62,248 bases of DNA from Octopus sinensis (GCF_006345805.1 NW_021833917.1:1-62248); one strand, 5' to 3'; shown: positions 52,254 through 62,248, numbered from the stretch's first letter. The notes: a model not told the origin generated them from the sequence alone. Translations and numbers: made by a program.

Positions 52254-52684
52254 GAATCTTTTCGGTTTGAACGGCAGTTTTTTCTGGCGGTGTCATATGA
52301 AATTGTCACCCATAATTATGATCCTAGTATCGATCTATTGCATTTCAATCTATTTTAGGGTTAGGGTTAGTTAGGGTTAGGGTTAGGGTGGGGGAAGGGT
52401 ATCTTTTTTTCTTCACAAATGTAAATAAACCCAATCTGTTTCTTAAACGAGGGACTTATTCATACGGCACAGAATGTCTTTTACCTCAATAGACGCCAGT
52501 GATTGGTTGAAATTGCATAAATTGAAGAAAATAAACAACAAATATTTTACAAACTATAGAATTTTTTCAATAAAGCCAAGAGAAAAAGATGTTTTATAAA
52601 CACATTCTACCAGTATACGAAGTTTAAAATTTTTTAGTTACCTAGAAATAATGTTAAAAACTGCCGTTCAAACCGAAAAGATCC
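52254..52684. mobile_element. Short-TIR element with a TTAGGG tract, related to 50928-51640
   Basis: ATCTTTTCGGTTTGAACGGCAGTTTT / AAAACTGCCGTTCAAACCGAAAAGAT TIRs; shares AAAAGATGTTTTATA..ACACATTCTACCAGTAT.CGAAGTTT with the long-TIR arm. Confidence 0.82.
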
Positions 52685-53101
52685 GTACTACTACTCGTAG
52701 CGACGATTCGTGCAAATTGGACACAAGTTAAATAAATCAAACATTAAAAACGGAAACTAGAATAACATGATGAAATAACCCAGTGACATCGTTCTGACAT
52801 GAAAGTAAACGACAAATTTTTAAAAAATCGATGAATTAACCGAAGAATTATCATTATAGCATTACTGACGCCTATGTTGCCTTACTAACCTTTAATATAC
52901 GTAACCTGGCAGATCGGAATGACGTTCCACTCTCCTCTGTTCATGATTGAGTTGATGCATAATCGAAATATTGAAATATGATATATATATATATATAATA
53001 TATATATATATATGGTAAAAATCTTGCTTTTAGTTTTGCTTTTTTTGCTTAGTTTTCACTTATTTCTTTACTTCGAACTTATTATACATACAGACACCCC
53101 C

Positions 53102-53182
<81 letters not shown>

Positions 53183-53250
53183 TATAGGAACGCAGTGTAA
53201 ATAACGGACAGAGTCAAGACTATTGAAAAAGGTTGCAAGACGCAACGAAA

Positions 53251-54000
53251 TCTCTCTTACCTGTTTGTGTCTGCCTTCCAATTGCTGTTTTTACTGAGAT
53301 CTCCCTTTTTAGTAGAAGAAATAGCTATAACTCTTTGACTGCTATTTCTAAATTCGGTATGTGGTAAGGCAATTCGTTGCTAAACCCTTTATTGCTTAGT
53401 ATTACTTAAATTTTCCTCGAATGAGGCTTTTACATGCCGAAGACTACTTGGTGTAATTGATAATTATTCCAAATTAATTAATTTCACCCTTCATTATTAC
53501 GGATAACCATATTTTATCTCAGTAGATGACCACAGCATCTTGTTTTGGCTACACGCGGGTGGGAAGGGGCTGGTGACACAATCTTTCCATTCACACATTG
53601 AATTTGGTGATACTAGTTGCGGATTCTAGCTCGCTCTGATACTGAGTTGAGTTGGTGCCTTCTAGTATCTCAAAATTCAATATATAATCATTTATGATTA
53701 TAGTATTCTACGCTGAAGAGAAAAGAAGTTTTTGGTAAGATAGAATTATTTAATATTTAATTCTTATGCTTTCCTAAAAACTTGATTTCGAAACGTACGT
53801 CCGTAGATAACTTAAAATTGTATGATAGATTGCCGTCAATTCATTCTCTCTTACCTGTTTGTGTCTGCCTTCCAATTGCTGTTTTTACTGAGATCTCCCT
53901 TTTTAGTAGAAGAAATAGCTATAACTCTTTGACTGCTATTTCTAAATTCGGTATGTGGTAAGGCAATTCGTTGCTAAACCCTTTATTGCTTAGTATTACT
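53251..54000 (+). mobile_element. Retrozyme-like / Penelope pseudo-LTR element: 594-nt unit with 156-bp terminal direct repeats
   Basis: 53251-53406 equals 53845-54000 by eye; intact HHR inside; ends in (TA)n. Confidence 0.85.
53707..53807 (+). ncRNA. Type I hammerhead ribozyme, intact core
   Basis: UCUACG-CUGAAGA-[long stem II GAAA..AAGUUUUU..AAAAACUU..UUUC]-GAAA-CGUACG-UC/CGUAGA. 6-bp stem I, palindromic ACGUACGU stem III, GUC cleavage predicted after 53801. Confidence 0.88.
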
Positions 54001-54017
54001 ATATATATATACATATA

Positions 54018-54725
54018 TTGGGTCATCCCATAAATAATGCGTTTTTTTTTTCAATTTCATGAGCTAAAAGTCGGAAGGGGACGGGATAAACTACCTGCAT
54101 CAACTTGCTATAAAATCAGGTAGTAATTTTTTATTTGTACTTATTCTTAGTGCAAATTTTGAAGAGTGCAGTTCGATTTTAACAGTTATTTTTTCAATGA
54201 TATAATAGTAGTGACAATGGATTATATTCGGCACATTTTCCTTTGTGAGTTCAATAAAGGCAACAACGCAACGGAAAGTGCAAGGAATATTAATGTAGTA
54301 TATGGGAATCGGACAATAAGCGTAAGCCAGTGTGAACGGTGGTTCCAGAAATTCCGAGCCGGATACTACAGCCTAGAAGACAAGCCACGTCCTAGAAGAT
54401 CTGTAGAGCCCGACGAGGACATCCAGCAAACCCTGGTGGAACAAAATCCCAACGTAACTGTTGAGGAACTGGCGGAGAAGCTTTGATTTGGTCATTCAAC
54501 CATTCATCGACACCTGCGTGCCATCGGTAAAGTCCGCAAATTGGGTCAATGGGTTCCTCACAAACTTTCCGAGTCTAATCGCGTGCAGAGAGTGAACGTG
54601 TGCTCTTCTTTGCTGTCACGTCTCAGGAATGATCCATTTTTGGACCAAATAGTGACTGGTGACGAGAAATGGGTTCTCCATTAAAATATGAAACGTCGAA
54701 GACAGTGGGTAGGGAAAGGAGAAAC
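54018..54725 (+). mobile_element. Mariner element, 5' portion (pseudogenised transposase)
   Basis: TA|TTGGGTCATCCCATAAAT terminus; ATG at 54217; HTH region, WVPHKL, IVTGDEKW; stops at 54484 and about 54680; truncated by a SINE. Confidence 0.9.
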
Positions 54726-54890
54726 ACTGTTGTACTCTTTCGCCCCAACTTTCTCTCACTCTTTCTTCCTGTTTCTTGAGTAACGCTGCGATGGACTGGT
54801 GTCCCGTCCAGTTGGGGGAACACATACGCCATAGAAGCCGGGAAAAAGCGAGCCCATGAGCCTGGCTAGGCTTGAAAAGGGCGCATAAAT

Positions 54891-54943
<53 letters not shown>

Positions 54944-55010
54944 AAAAAAGCAACAAGAATGGATCAATTTTTCGGTACAATTGTTTCGTACGAAGACATC
55001 TTTAATAAGG

Positions 55011-55050
<40 letters not shown>

Positions 55051-55489
55051 AACATAGATAGATAAATAAATGTGCATATATCATATGCATACAAGCACAA
55101 AAATAAAAAGGTTTCGTTATATTATTGTCGGCTTGTTACTATTGTCATATGGCACACAGATTATGTGACGAAATATTGGAATTGTTACAAAATGGATGTT
55201 CTTCGAGACAAAACCGAAAAGATAAAGAATGACATGAAGATGACTGAATCTGAGCAACGCAAAGCTGTCTATGACTTAAACAGATCGGAGAATATATACG
55301 TGATTGACAGCTATTGCAGTTTTCGGTGTAGACACAATAGCTTAATATGTTTAGAACATATTAGTATTCATACAAAGAAGAAATATTAGAGAAAGGAGAA
55401 CGAGAAATGGATGAATAGACAAAAGGATTGTTTTAAATATTGTTTGCAGTGAGGATGTTTTAATACATACATAAGTACATACATACATA

Positions 55490-55880
55490 CGTACACATGT
55501 GTGTGTGTATATAATATATATATATATATATATACACACATGTGTACGTATATATATATACATATATATATGTATGTATATATATATATATGTATATGTA
55601 TGTATATATATGTGTATATATATACATGTATATATATACATGTATGTATATATATATATATATGTATATGTATATATATGTATGTATATATATGTGTATA
55701 TATATACATGTATATATATACATGTATGTATGTATATATATATATATGTATATATATCTATGTATATATATCTATGTGTATATATCTATATCTATATATA
55801 TATATGTGTGTGTGTGTATGTATATATATGTGTATATATATATTTATATACACACACACATATATGTATATATATGCATC

Positions 55881-55957
<77 letters not shown>

Positions 55958-55962
55958 CTATA
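55490..55962. repeat. Compound TA/TG microsatellite
   Basis: Seen directly. Confidence 0.95.
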
Positions 55963-55965
55963 TGT

Positions 55966-56158
55966 GTGTACCGTTGGCGATTTTTTTCTTCTGTCTTCCC
56001 TTCTCTAGATCTTTCCTTCTCCTATGTTTCCGACGAAGAGCTCCGCTCTAAACGTTAAATCCTCCTTCCTTCCTTCTTTCCTGAGCATCTAATAATACCA
56101 TATTTGTTCCACGTCCTCGCGTTGTTGTGTTGTTGTTTTTCGTGCTTCATGTTTGGAT

Positions 56159-56162
<4 letters not shown>
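55966..56162 (+). mobile_element. ~190-nt HHR-bearing short element, copy 1 (inactivated core)
   Basis: Homologous to 59428-59611; core CCGACGA and UAAAC at 56026-56060; ends in (TA)n. Confidence 0.85.
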
Positions 56163-56205
<43 letters not shown>

Positions 56206-56244
56206 GACAACATTGTAGCTTCACACAGAAACAACTTAGCTAAA

Positions 56245-56645
56245 AACGTTAGCACGCTGGGCGAAATGCTTAGCGGTATTTCGCCTGCTGCTATGTTCTG
56301 AGTTTAAATTCCGCCGAGGTCGACTTTGCCTTTCATCCTTTCGGGGTCTATTAAATAAGTACCAGTTACGCACTGGAGTCGATGTAATCAACTTAATCCG
56401 TTTGTCTGTCCTTGTTTGTCCCCTCTGTGTTTAGCCCCTTGTAGGTAGTAAAGAAATAGGTATTTCGTCTGCTATTACGTTCTGAGTTCAAATTCCGCCG
56501 AAGTCGACTTTGCCTTTCATCCTTTCGGGGTCGATAAATTAAGTACCAGTTACGCAGTTGGGTCGATGTAATCGACTTAATACTTATGTCTGTCCTTGTT
56601 TGTCCCCTCTGTGTTTAGCCCCTTGTGGGCAATAAAGAAATAAGA
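56245..56645 (+). mobile_element. SINE B tandem dimer
   Basis: The second unit restarts at TATTTCGTCTGC (56461). Confidence 0.9.
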
Positions 56646-56873
56646 AACAACTTAGCTAGAAACAGATGGACAAACTGGGCCAAACGACAGGTTCTCAAAA
56701 AAAAAAAACAAGCAACCTTGCTAGATCGGTGACACTGAAGATGGGTCACATGTTGGTTTTACACAGTAGCAATCTCGCTAGACCACTGATATTCAAGATG
56801 AACCGAATGGCCAAGGTGTAGGCTACATACAAATTGTTGTTTATAGTAAGTCACGATGACATTTATACATATA

Positions 56874-57245
56874 CTAGCGGTATCGCCCGGTGTTGCTCGG
56901 GTTTGTTTCAACGCTTTAGAATTGGAATTTTTGAAAAGTAAAAATTTTGCATTATGTAGCTTGTTATTCTCTTTAAGTGATCATTTTTCTGGTTGAAATA
57001 CACCGAAAAATAGTGACACAGCAGTCAAAAAATCGTAAAAAATAGGGATTTTCATAGGAAAAAAAAAGCACCTTTTGATGTAAATAATTTTTGGTGTTAA
57101 CATGGTCCGATTCGAATGAAGAGCAAGCCTTCTATCATACTCTCAATTTTGGTCAACTTACGCCGCAGGGTCTCGGAGGAGATAGTGTTAGTTGAAGGCT
57201 ACCAAACCTACCATACACAGACAACTTCAGCTTTATATATATATA
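56874..57245 (-). mobile_element. Non-autonomous Helitron
   Basis: A|CTAGCGGTATCGCCCGGTGTTGCTCGGG is the reverse complement of the hairpin plus CTAG end; TATATATAAAGCTGAAGTTGTC 5' region. Confidence 0.85.
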
Positions 57246-57304
57246 CTGGAAAAAGTATATGTATTTGTGAGGGAAACTGACTTCTCGTCGACAACTATGA
57301 TTGT

Positions 57305-57349
57305 CACACGCCGATGATAGGTCAATACCTTGAAACTCGAGTCCGTGTG
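57305..57349 (+). ncRNA. Type I hammerhead with one core substitution
   Basis: CACACG-CCGAUGA-UAGGU(CAAU)ACCUU-GAAA-CUCGAG-UC/CGUGUG. Confidence 0.78.
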
Positions 57350-57902
57350 TATCATAAGTTGAAGACGGGAAGGATGACTTCCCTTCACAAATACTGATAG
57401 GGCACAGAAAGTGTGTCTATAACCAGCTGGAGGAGGTGTCTTCCTGGAGCTACAAACTACAGTAGCATCCACCCTTAGGGGTTAGCCATATTCAAATGGC
57501 AAATATACGTCACTATATATATATATATGAAAAAATTGTATTTCTGCTAATCCTTCGCGCAAAGCCAGCAATGATAAAGCTCGTTGAATCAGCTGTAATC
57601 TATTTCCCAATCAGATATTTCGTGGAAGCATGTTTATTTATTTTTGATAGTGATATTTTCCGTGAAGGGAGAAATGGGCCAAGTGTTAATGAGTGTGGTG
57701 GATTCCAAATGAAATTAAATCAGTTTATGAAAATTAATTATGATATCTTGCAGTGAAAGACACCGGGAATAAGGAAGCCGTTTAGTGTGTATAGTATTTC
57801 ACTAATTAGTTCTTTTTTCTTCCTCTTGTTGTTATTGTAGCTGCTACTGCTGATGTTTTTGTTGGTGTTGTTGTTGTTGTTGTTGTTGTTGTTCTTCTTC
57901 TT

Positions 57903-57933
<31 letters not shown>

Positions 57934-57948
57934 TCATTATTATTATTG

Positions 57949-58001
<53 letters not shown>

Positions 58002-58031
58002 GTTGTTGTTGTTGTTATTATTATTATCATT

Positions 58032-58191
58032 AGGCGCATGAGTGGCTGTGTGGTAAGTAGCTTGCTTACCAACCACATGGTTCTGGGTTCAGTCCCACTG
58101 CGTGGCACCTTGGGCAAGTGTCTTCTACTATAGCCTCGGGTCGACCAAAGTCTTGTGAGTGGATTTGGTAGAGGGAAAAGAAGCCTGTCGT

Positions 58192-58192
<1 letters not shown>
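58032..58192 (+). mobile_element. SINE family A 5' half
   Basis: AGGCGCATGAGTGGCTGTGTGGTAAG head. Confidence 0.88.
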
Positions 58193-58255
<63 letters not shown>

Positions 58256-58273
58256 ATATATATATATATATAT

Positions 58274-58328
<55 letters not shown>

Positions 58329-58504
58329 TACCGCTGTGCCATTGCGCATCCATCGATATTATTATAGCATCGATTATAGTTTTGATTAAATTTTCGCTGG
58401 AATATTGAAACTTGGGTTTTATCTAGTTGAAACTTGGTGACATCACGGACGATATAAAATAAACATGTGGATCACATATACACACACAAAAAAAGGAGAT
58501 GCGT

Positions 58505-58574
58505 ATTTTATTTTATTTCATTTTATCTAGTTTCAGCTCACGAGCTGTGGCCATGCTGGGGCACCGCCATTTGT
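58505..58574 (-). mobile_element. LINE-type 3' tail fragment
   Basis: GGCGGTGCCCCAGCATGGCC..GCTGAAACTAGA(TAAAA)n, similar to the LINE end at 12021-12075. Confidence 0.7.
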
Positions 58575-58598
58575 AAAAGATTTGTGCCAACCACCGGA

Positions 58599-58663
58599 TG
58601 CCGAAACCCGGGATCGAACCAGGGACCTTTAGATCTTCAGTCTAACGCTCTCCCAACTGAGCT
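58599..58663 (-). pseudogene. tRNA-Phe(GAA) lacking the 5' acceptor strand
   Basis: AGCTCAGTTGGGAGAGCGTTAGACTGAAGATCTAAAGGTCCCTGGTTCGATCCCGGGTTTCGGCA matches canonical metazoan tRNA-Phe positions 9-73; the first 8 nt are absent; anticodon at 58636-58638. Confidence 0.92.
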
Positions 58664-59308
58664 CAGGTTTAATTTTTTCAAAGATACAGACTTTTATGGA
58701 AACGTCTTAACTCATATACAGTGCACAGATACAAAGCCTCAGAGCTTCGGTCATACCAGGTTATACGATTCCCCGGCGATCTCCTATGCTTCAGCCTTAC
58801 CCATATGAAACATTGTCATGGCTACAATACTTCAGTTAGGACAGGAAATTATTGAATTAAAACCCAGGCTTATTTTTAGCAAAAGCTGTAAAAGCTGAAG
58901 TTTCAATTCAAATGTGTGTGCATTTTTGTTTATGTACGTGTGTGTATGTGTCTATCAGCGTGCGCATGTCTACTGCCACTACATATATATATATATATAC
59001 ACATACATACATACGAATACAAGTAAAGAAAACTCGATACTCAGGAAAGAGTTAAATATCATCATAGACAGATGCCACTCAAGTTTCATGTCTACCAGGT
59101 GGGCAAAAATCTCCCATTGAGATAAAGCAAACAAATATGTGTGTATATGTGTCTGTGTATGCATGTGTGTGTGTGTGTGTGTGCGTGTGTGTGTGTGTGA
59201 GTGTGCGTGGTGTGAGTGTGTGTTTGCGTGTGCCTACGTCAGAACTTATATATATATATATATGTGTATATATATATATATATATATGTAATTATATATA
59301 TGTATATA

Positions 59309-59382
<74 letters not shown>

Positions 59383-59427
59383 TGCACACACTCCGTGAGT
59401 ATGGCCATGTATAAAATGTGGCCGCGT

Positions 59428-59607
59428 GTGTACCGTTGGCGATTTTTTTTCCTCTGTCTTTCCTTCTCTGATCTTTCCTTTTCCTATGTTTCTGACGAAG
59501 AGCTCCGCTCGAAACGTTAAACCCTCCTTTTTTTCCTTCTTTCCTGTGCATCCAATAATACTATATTTGTTCCACGTCCTCGCGTTGTTGTGTTTTCATG
59601 CTTTGAT

Positions 59608-59611
<4 letters not shown>
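59428..59611 (+). mobile_element. ~190-nt HHR-bearing short element, copy 2
   Basis: Homologous to 55966-56162; ends in (TA)n. Confidence 0.85.
59488..59522 (+). ncRNA. Minimal type I hammerhead ribozyme, intact core
   Basis: GUUU-CUGACGA-A-GAGC(UCC)GCUC-GAAAC-GUU/AAAC; palindromic AACGUU stem III. Confidence 0.82.
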
Positions 59612-59675
<64 letters not shown>

Positions 59676-59820
59676 TAAATTATAATTTAGGGTATCTAAG
59701 AGATACCTCCACGCTGGAAATAGCAGCCAAAACTTGACTCTAAAACCACATTAAATGTTCATACCGCTCCAGGAGAGAAGACAAAAGGACAAGATGAACT
59801 AGCAAAAAATGACTGGATGA

Positions 59821-59876
59821 TTCCAGATCCCGGACTTCTGGCTTTGCATAAGAAGTGCTTTGCCTCATCAGTGGAA
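59821..59876 (-). ncRNA. Variant or decayed type I hammerhead
   Basis: UUCCA-CUGAUGA-GGC(AAAGCA..UGCAAA)GCC-A-GAAG-UCCGGGA-UC/UGGAA. Confidence 0.65.
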
Positions 59877-60654
59877 TATACACAGATAGTAACATAAATA
59901 CACATACATATACATATAACATACAAATAATTTATATAAATATATATATATATATATTTCGTTTTTGTATTTGGTTTGCAAGATTCTTTATGTGAATTCA
60001 TGTTGAAGCATATTTTATTCTGTCTGCGAAGGGTCATTCTCTTTTAGTACCTTATTACTTAACACACTCACCGGTTCGAATTCCACTCATTTATTTATTT
60101 ATTTTTTCTAAAATTTTCGTTGTGTCTTGCAACCTCTTCAATAGTCGTTGACCCTGTCCGTTATCAAAGCTGCGTTCGTTTTGTTTGTGCGCATGCGTGA
60201 GCGTCAGTGTAAATGGATATACACATATGTATGTACTATGTATATATATATATGCGTGTGTGTACGTTTGTATGTATTCTGCATACTCATGTGTTTGTGT
60301 GTTTATGTGAGTGTGTTTGTATGCGTATGTATTTGTGTGTGTACGTCTGTCTCCCTGTGTGTGCATGTTTGAGTGTATCTATGTGTATGTAAGGATGTTT
60401 GTGTCCATATGTGTCCTTCTGTGTGTGTGTGAAGTGTGCGTGTGTGTATATGGTTAGGTGTTTCAGTCTTCATTTGTGTATGTATGTACCTATCTATTTA
60501 TCTATCTGTTTACTTACACACACACACACACACACACATACACACACACACATACACACACACACATACATACATACACGACTACATAACACCCTACTAA
60601 CAACTCTACCTGTCTGTATATTAACTGTGGGTATTGGAGTATGACTGCCTTCTA

Positions 60655-61260
60655 CGGATATTTCCTATTTAGTACTGGGGATGTTTCATTTATGAGAACG
60701 TACTCCTGTGTCTGTCTGAGTGTTGCGTCCTTCGGTTGCTTGGATAAAAATTAGGATGTCAAGTTGACACAATGTGCTCCCATGTTGGTCTTTGGCATGT
60801 TGTTAGAGTATGGAGGACTGTTTCTTGTCGTCATATTGTCTCAAATGTTCATTTAGTCTCTCCGCAATTCTTCTAGATGGCTCACCTATGTATATCATGT
60901 TCTTGTCTTTAAAATGCCCTTCTATGTACCTTATGCTGTAGACTACATTTCTAGTTCTACTGTTAATGCCAGGGTTAATCTTACAACCCATGCAATTATC
61001 ACTGATGCATGTGGTATACTCAAAGGGATACGTCCTATATAGTTGTGATCTGATGGAGTTCCCTGGATTTTCAACGATCTTAATGTTGAGTTTGGCTCGG
61101 GCTAGTTCTCCATGGGCTGTGGCCTCTACAAACATCACTCCTTGATATTTGTCGGCCTTCAACCACGTGTTCACCCTGTTTTCTTTGTCACAAGCTCTTT
61201 GTATCCTATTCCAGTTTTTACTACTATATCTAAGGCAGGTACCACTGGTTTCATTACATA
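60655..61260 (-). mobile_element. Penelope-like element ORF 3' remnant: GIY-YIG endonuclease
   Basis: NVVYSI....NMIYIGEPSRRIAERLNEH matches the GIY-YIG motifs of PLEs; upstream FVEAT and Cys/His linker; downstream ETSPVLNR; disrupted frame. Confidence 0.85.
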
Positions 61261-61573
61261 TAATGCTAACTTCTTTCTAGCTCCCCAGTATACCAGAACC
61301 CTATCTTTCTGGTCAATTGCATAGGGTTCGCATTGTGGGGACAAGTTGTTCATTATCTGTTAACAGTATGTTGATTTTCATGTTGTGTGACAAAGCTGAG
61401 TTCTTGTGAACAACATATTTAGAAGCTTTGGGTACAAACACAACAAAAAATGGAAGGTGCAGTTATGTACAGGTTGACGGAAGAAAAGCAGGACAAAAAC
61501 GGCTTTATCGATCGCATTCTCACCTGGAATCGATTTTTGTAATTTTTTCAAGACTTATACACGCCCTGATACC

Positions 61574-61978
61574 TATTTCTTTATTACCCACAAGGGGCTA
61601 AACATAGAGGGGACAAACAAGGACAGGCATAAGTATTAAGTCGATTATATCGACCCCAGTGCGTAACTGGTACTTAATTTATCGACCCCGAAAGGATGAA
61701 AGGTAAAGTCGACCTCGGCGGAATTTGAACTCACAACGTAACGGCAGACGAAATACCTACTTCTTTACTACCCACAAGGGGCTAAACACAGAGAGGACAA
61801 ACAAGGACAGACAAACGGATTAAGTCGATTATATTGACCCCAGTGCGTAACTGGTACTTATTTAATCGACTCCGAAAGGATTAAAGGCAAAGTCGACCTC
61901 GGCGGAATTTAAACTCAGAACGTTACGGCAGACGAAATACCGCTAAGCATTTCGCCCGGCGTACTAACGTTTCTGCCT
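61574..61978 (-). mobile_element. SINE B tandem dimer with a 16-bp target-site duplication
   Basis: TACACGCCCTGATACC (61558-61573) and TACACGCGCTGATACC (61979-61994). Confidence 0.9.
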
Positions 61979-62087
61979 TACACGCGCTGATACCGTTGGT
62001 ATCTACATGTCAAATTTGAGCGCAATTGGATGGAGGATGTCCGAGATCCGAGAAGACACACACACACAGAACGGATTTTATATAAGA
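61979..62087 (-). mobile_element. Helitron 5' portion
   Basis: Reverse complement A|TCTTATATAAAATCCGTTCTGTGTG...CGCTCAAATTTGAC. Confidence 0.6.
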
Positions 62088-62098
62088 TATATATATAT

Positions 62099-62248
62099 GA
62101 AGGCGCATGGCTCAGTGGTTAGAGCGTCGAGCTTACGATCGTGAGGTTGTGAGCTCGAATCCCGGACCGGGCTGCGTGTTGTTGTTCTTGAGCAAGGCAC
62201 TTTATTTCACGTTGCTCCAGTTCACTCAGCTGTAGAAATGAGTTGCGA
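62099..62248 (+). mobile_element. SINE family D, running off the window
   Basis: GAGGCGCATGGCTCAGTGGTTAGAGCG...TCGAATCCCGG head, then TTCTTGAGCAAGGCACTTTATTTCAC core. Confidence 0.88.

Noticed and set aside
56718-56822. CTGAAGA...GAATGGCCAAGGTGT possible decayed hammerhead
   Set aside because: Needs several core corrections and a speculative long stem II.
58599-58663. Functional tRNA-Phe gene
   Set aside because: The 5' acceptor strand is missing, so the cloverleaf cannot close; reported as a pseudogene.
58790-58825. GAAACATTGTC-ATGGCT half-motif
   Set aside because: No CUGANGA upstream; too short to distinguish from chance.

Overview
Repeat-dense, AT-rich animal genomic DNA. The tRNA-derived SINE families and microsatellite load point to an octopus genome (inference from repeat recognition). 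The only confident host coding feature is the first coding exon of a stum/SPEC3-family membrane protein (minus strand, 26006-26213); its next exon was not found in the 26 kb downstream. A second, unassigned candidate exon lies at 39618-39871 (minus). The rest is mobile DNA and simple repeats: four or more tRNA-headed SINE families in dozens of copies, decayed LINEs (CR1/L2-group, Tx1/L1, RTE), mariner fragments, non-autonomous Helitrons, TIR elements with TTAGGG cores, a Penelope-like GIY-YIG remnant and a 5'-truncated tRNA-Phe. The main discovery is about a dozen minimal type I hammerhead ribozyme (HHR) motifs from several unrelated short-element families. Most have a palindromic stem III, and most of the elements run into a (TA)n tract at their 3' end. 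They include an intact HHR inside a 594-nt unit with identical 156-bp terminal direct repeats (retrozyme-like), a tRNA-headed HHR element, and HHR elements with 5' foldback inversions. All folds were done by eye. SINE boundaries are approximate. Nearly all ORFs in the supplied track are microsatellite or SINE artefacts.
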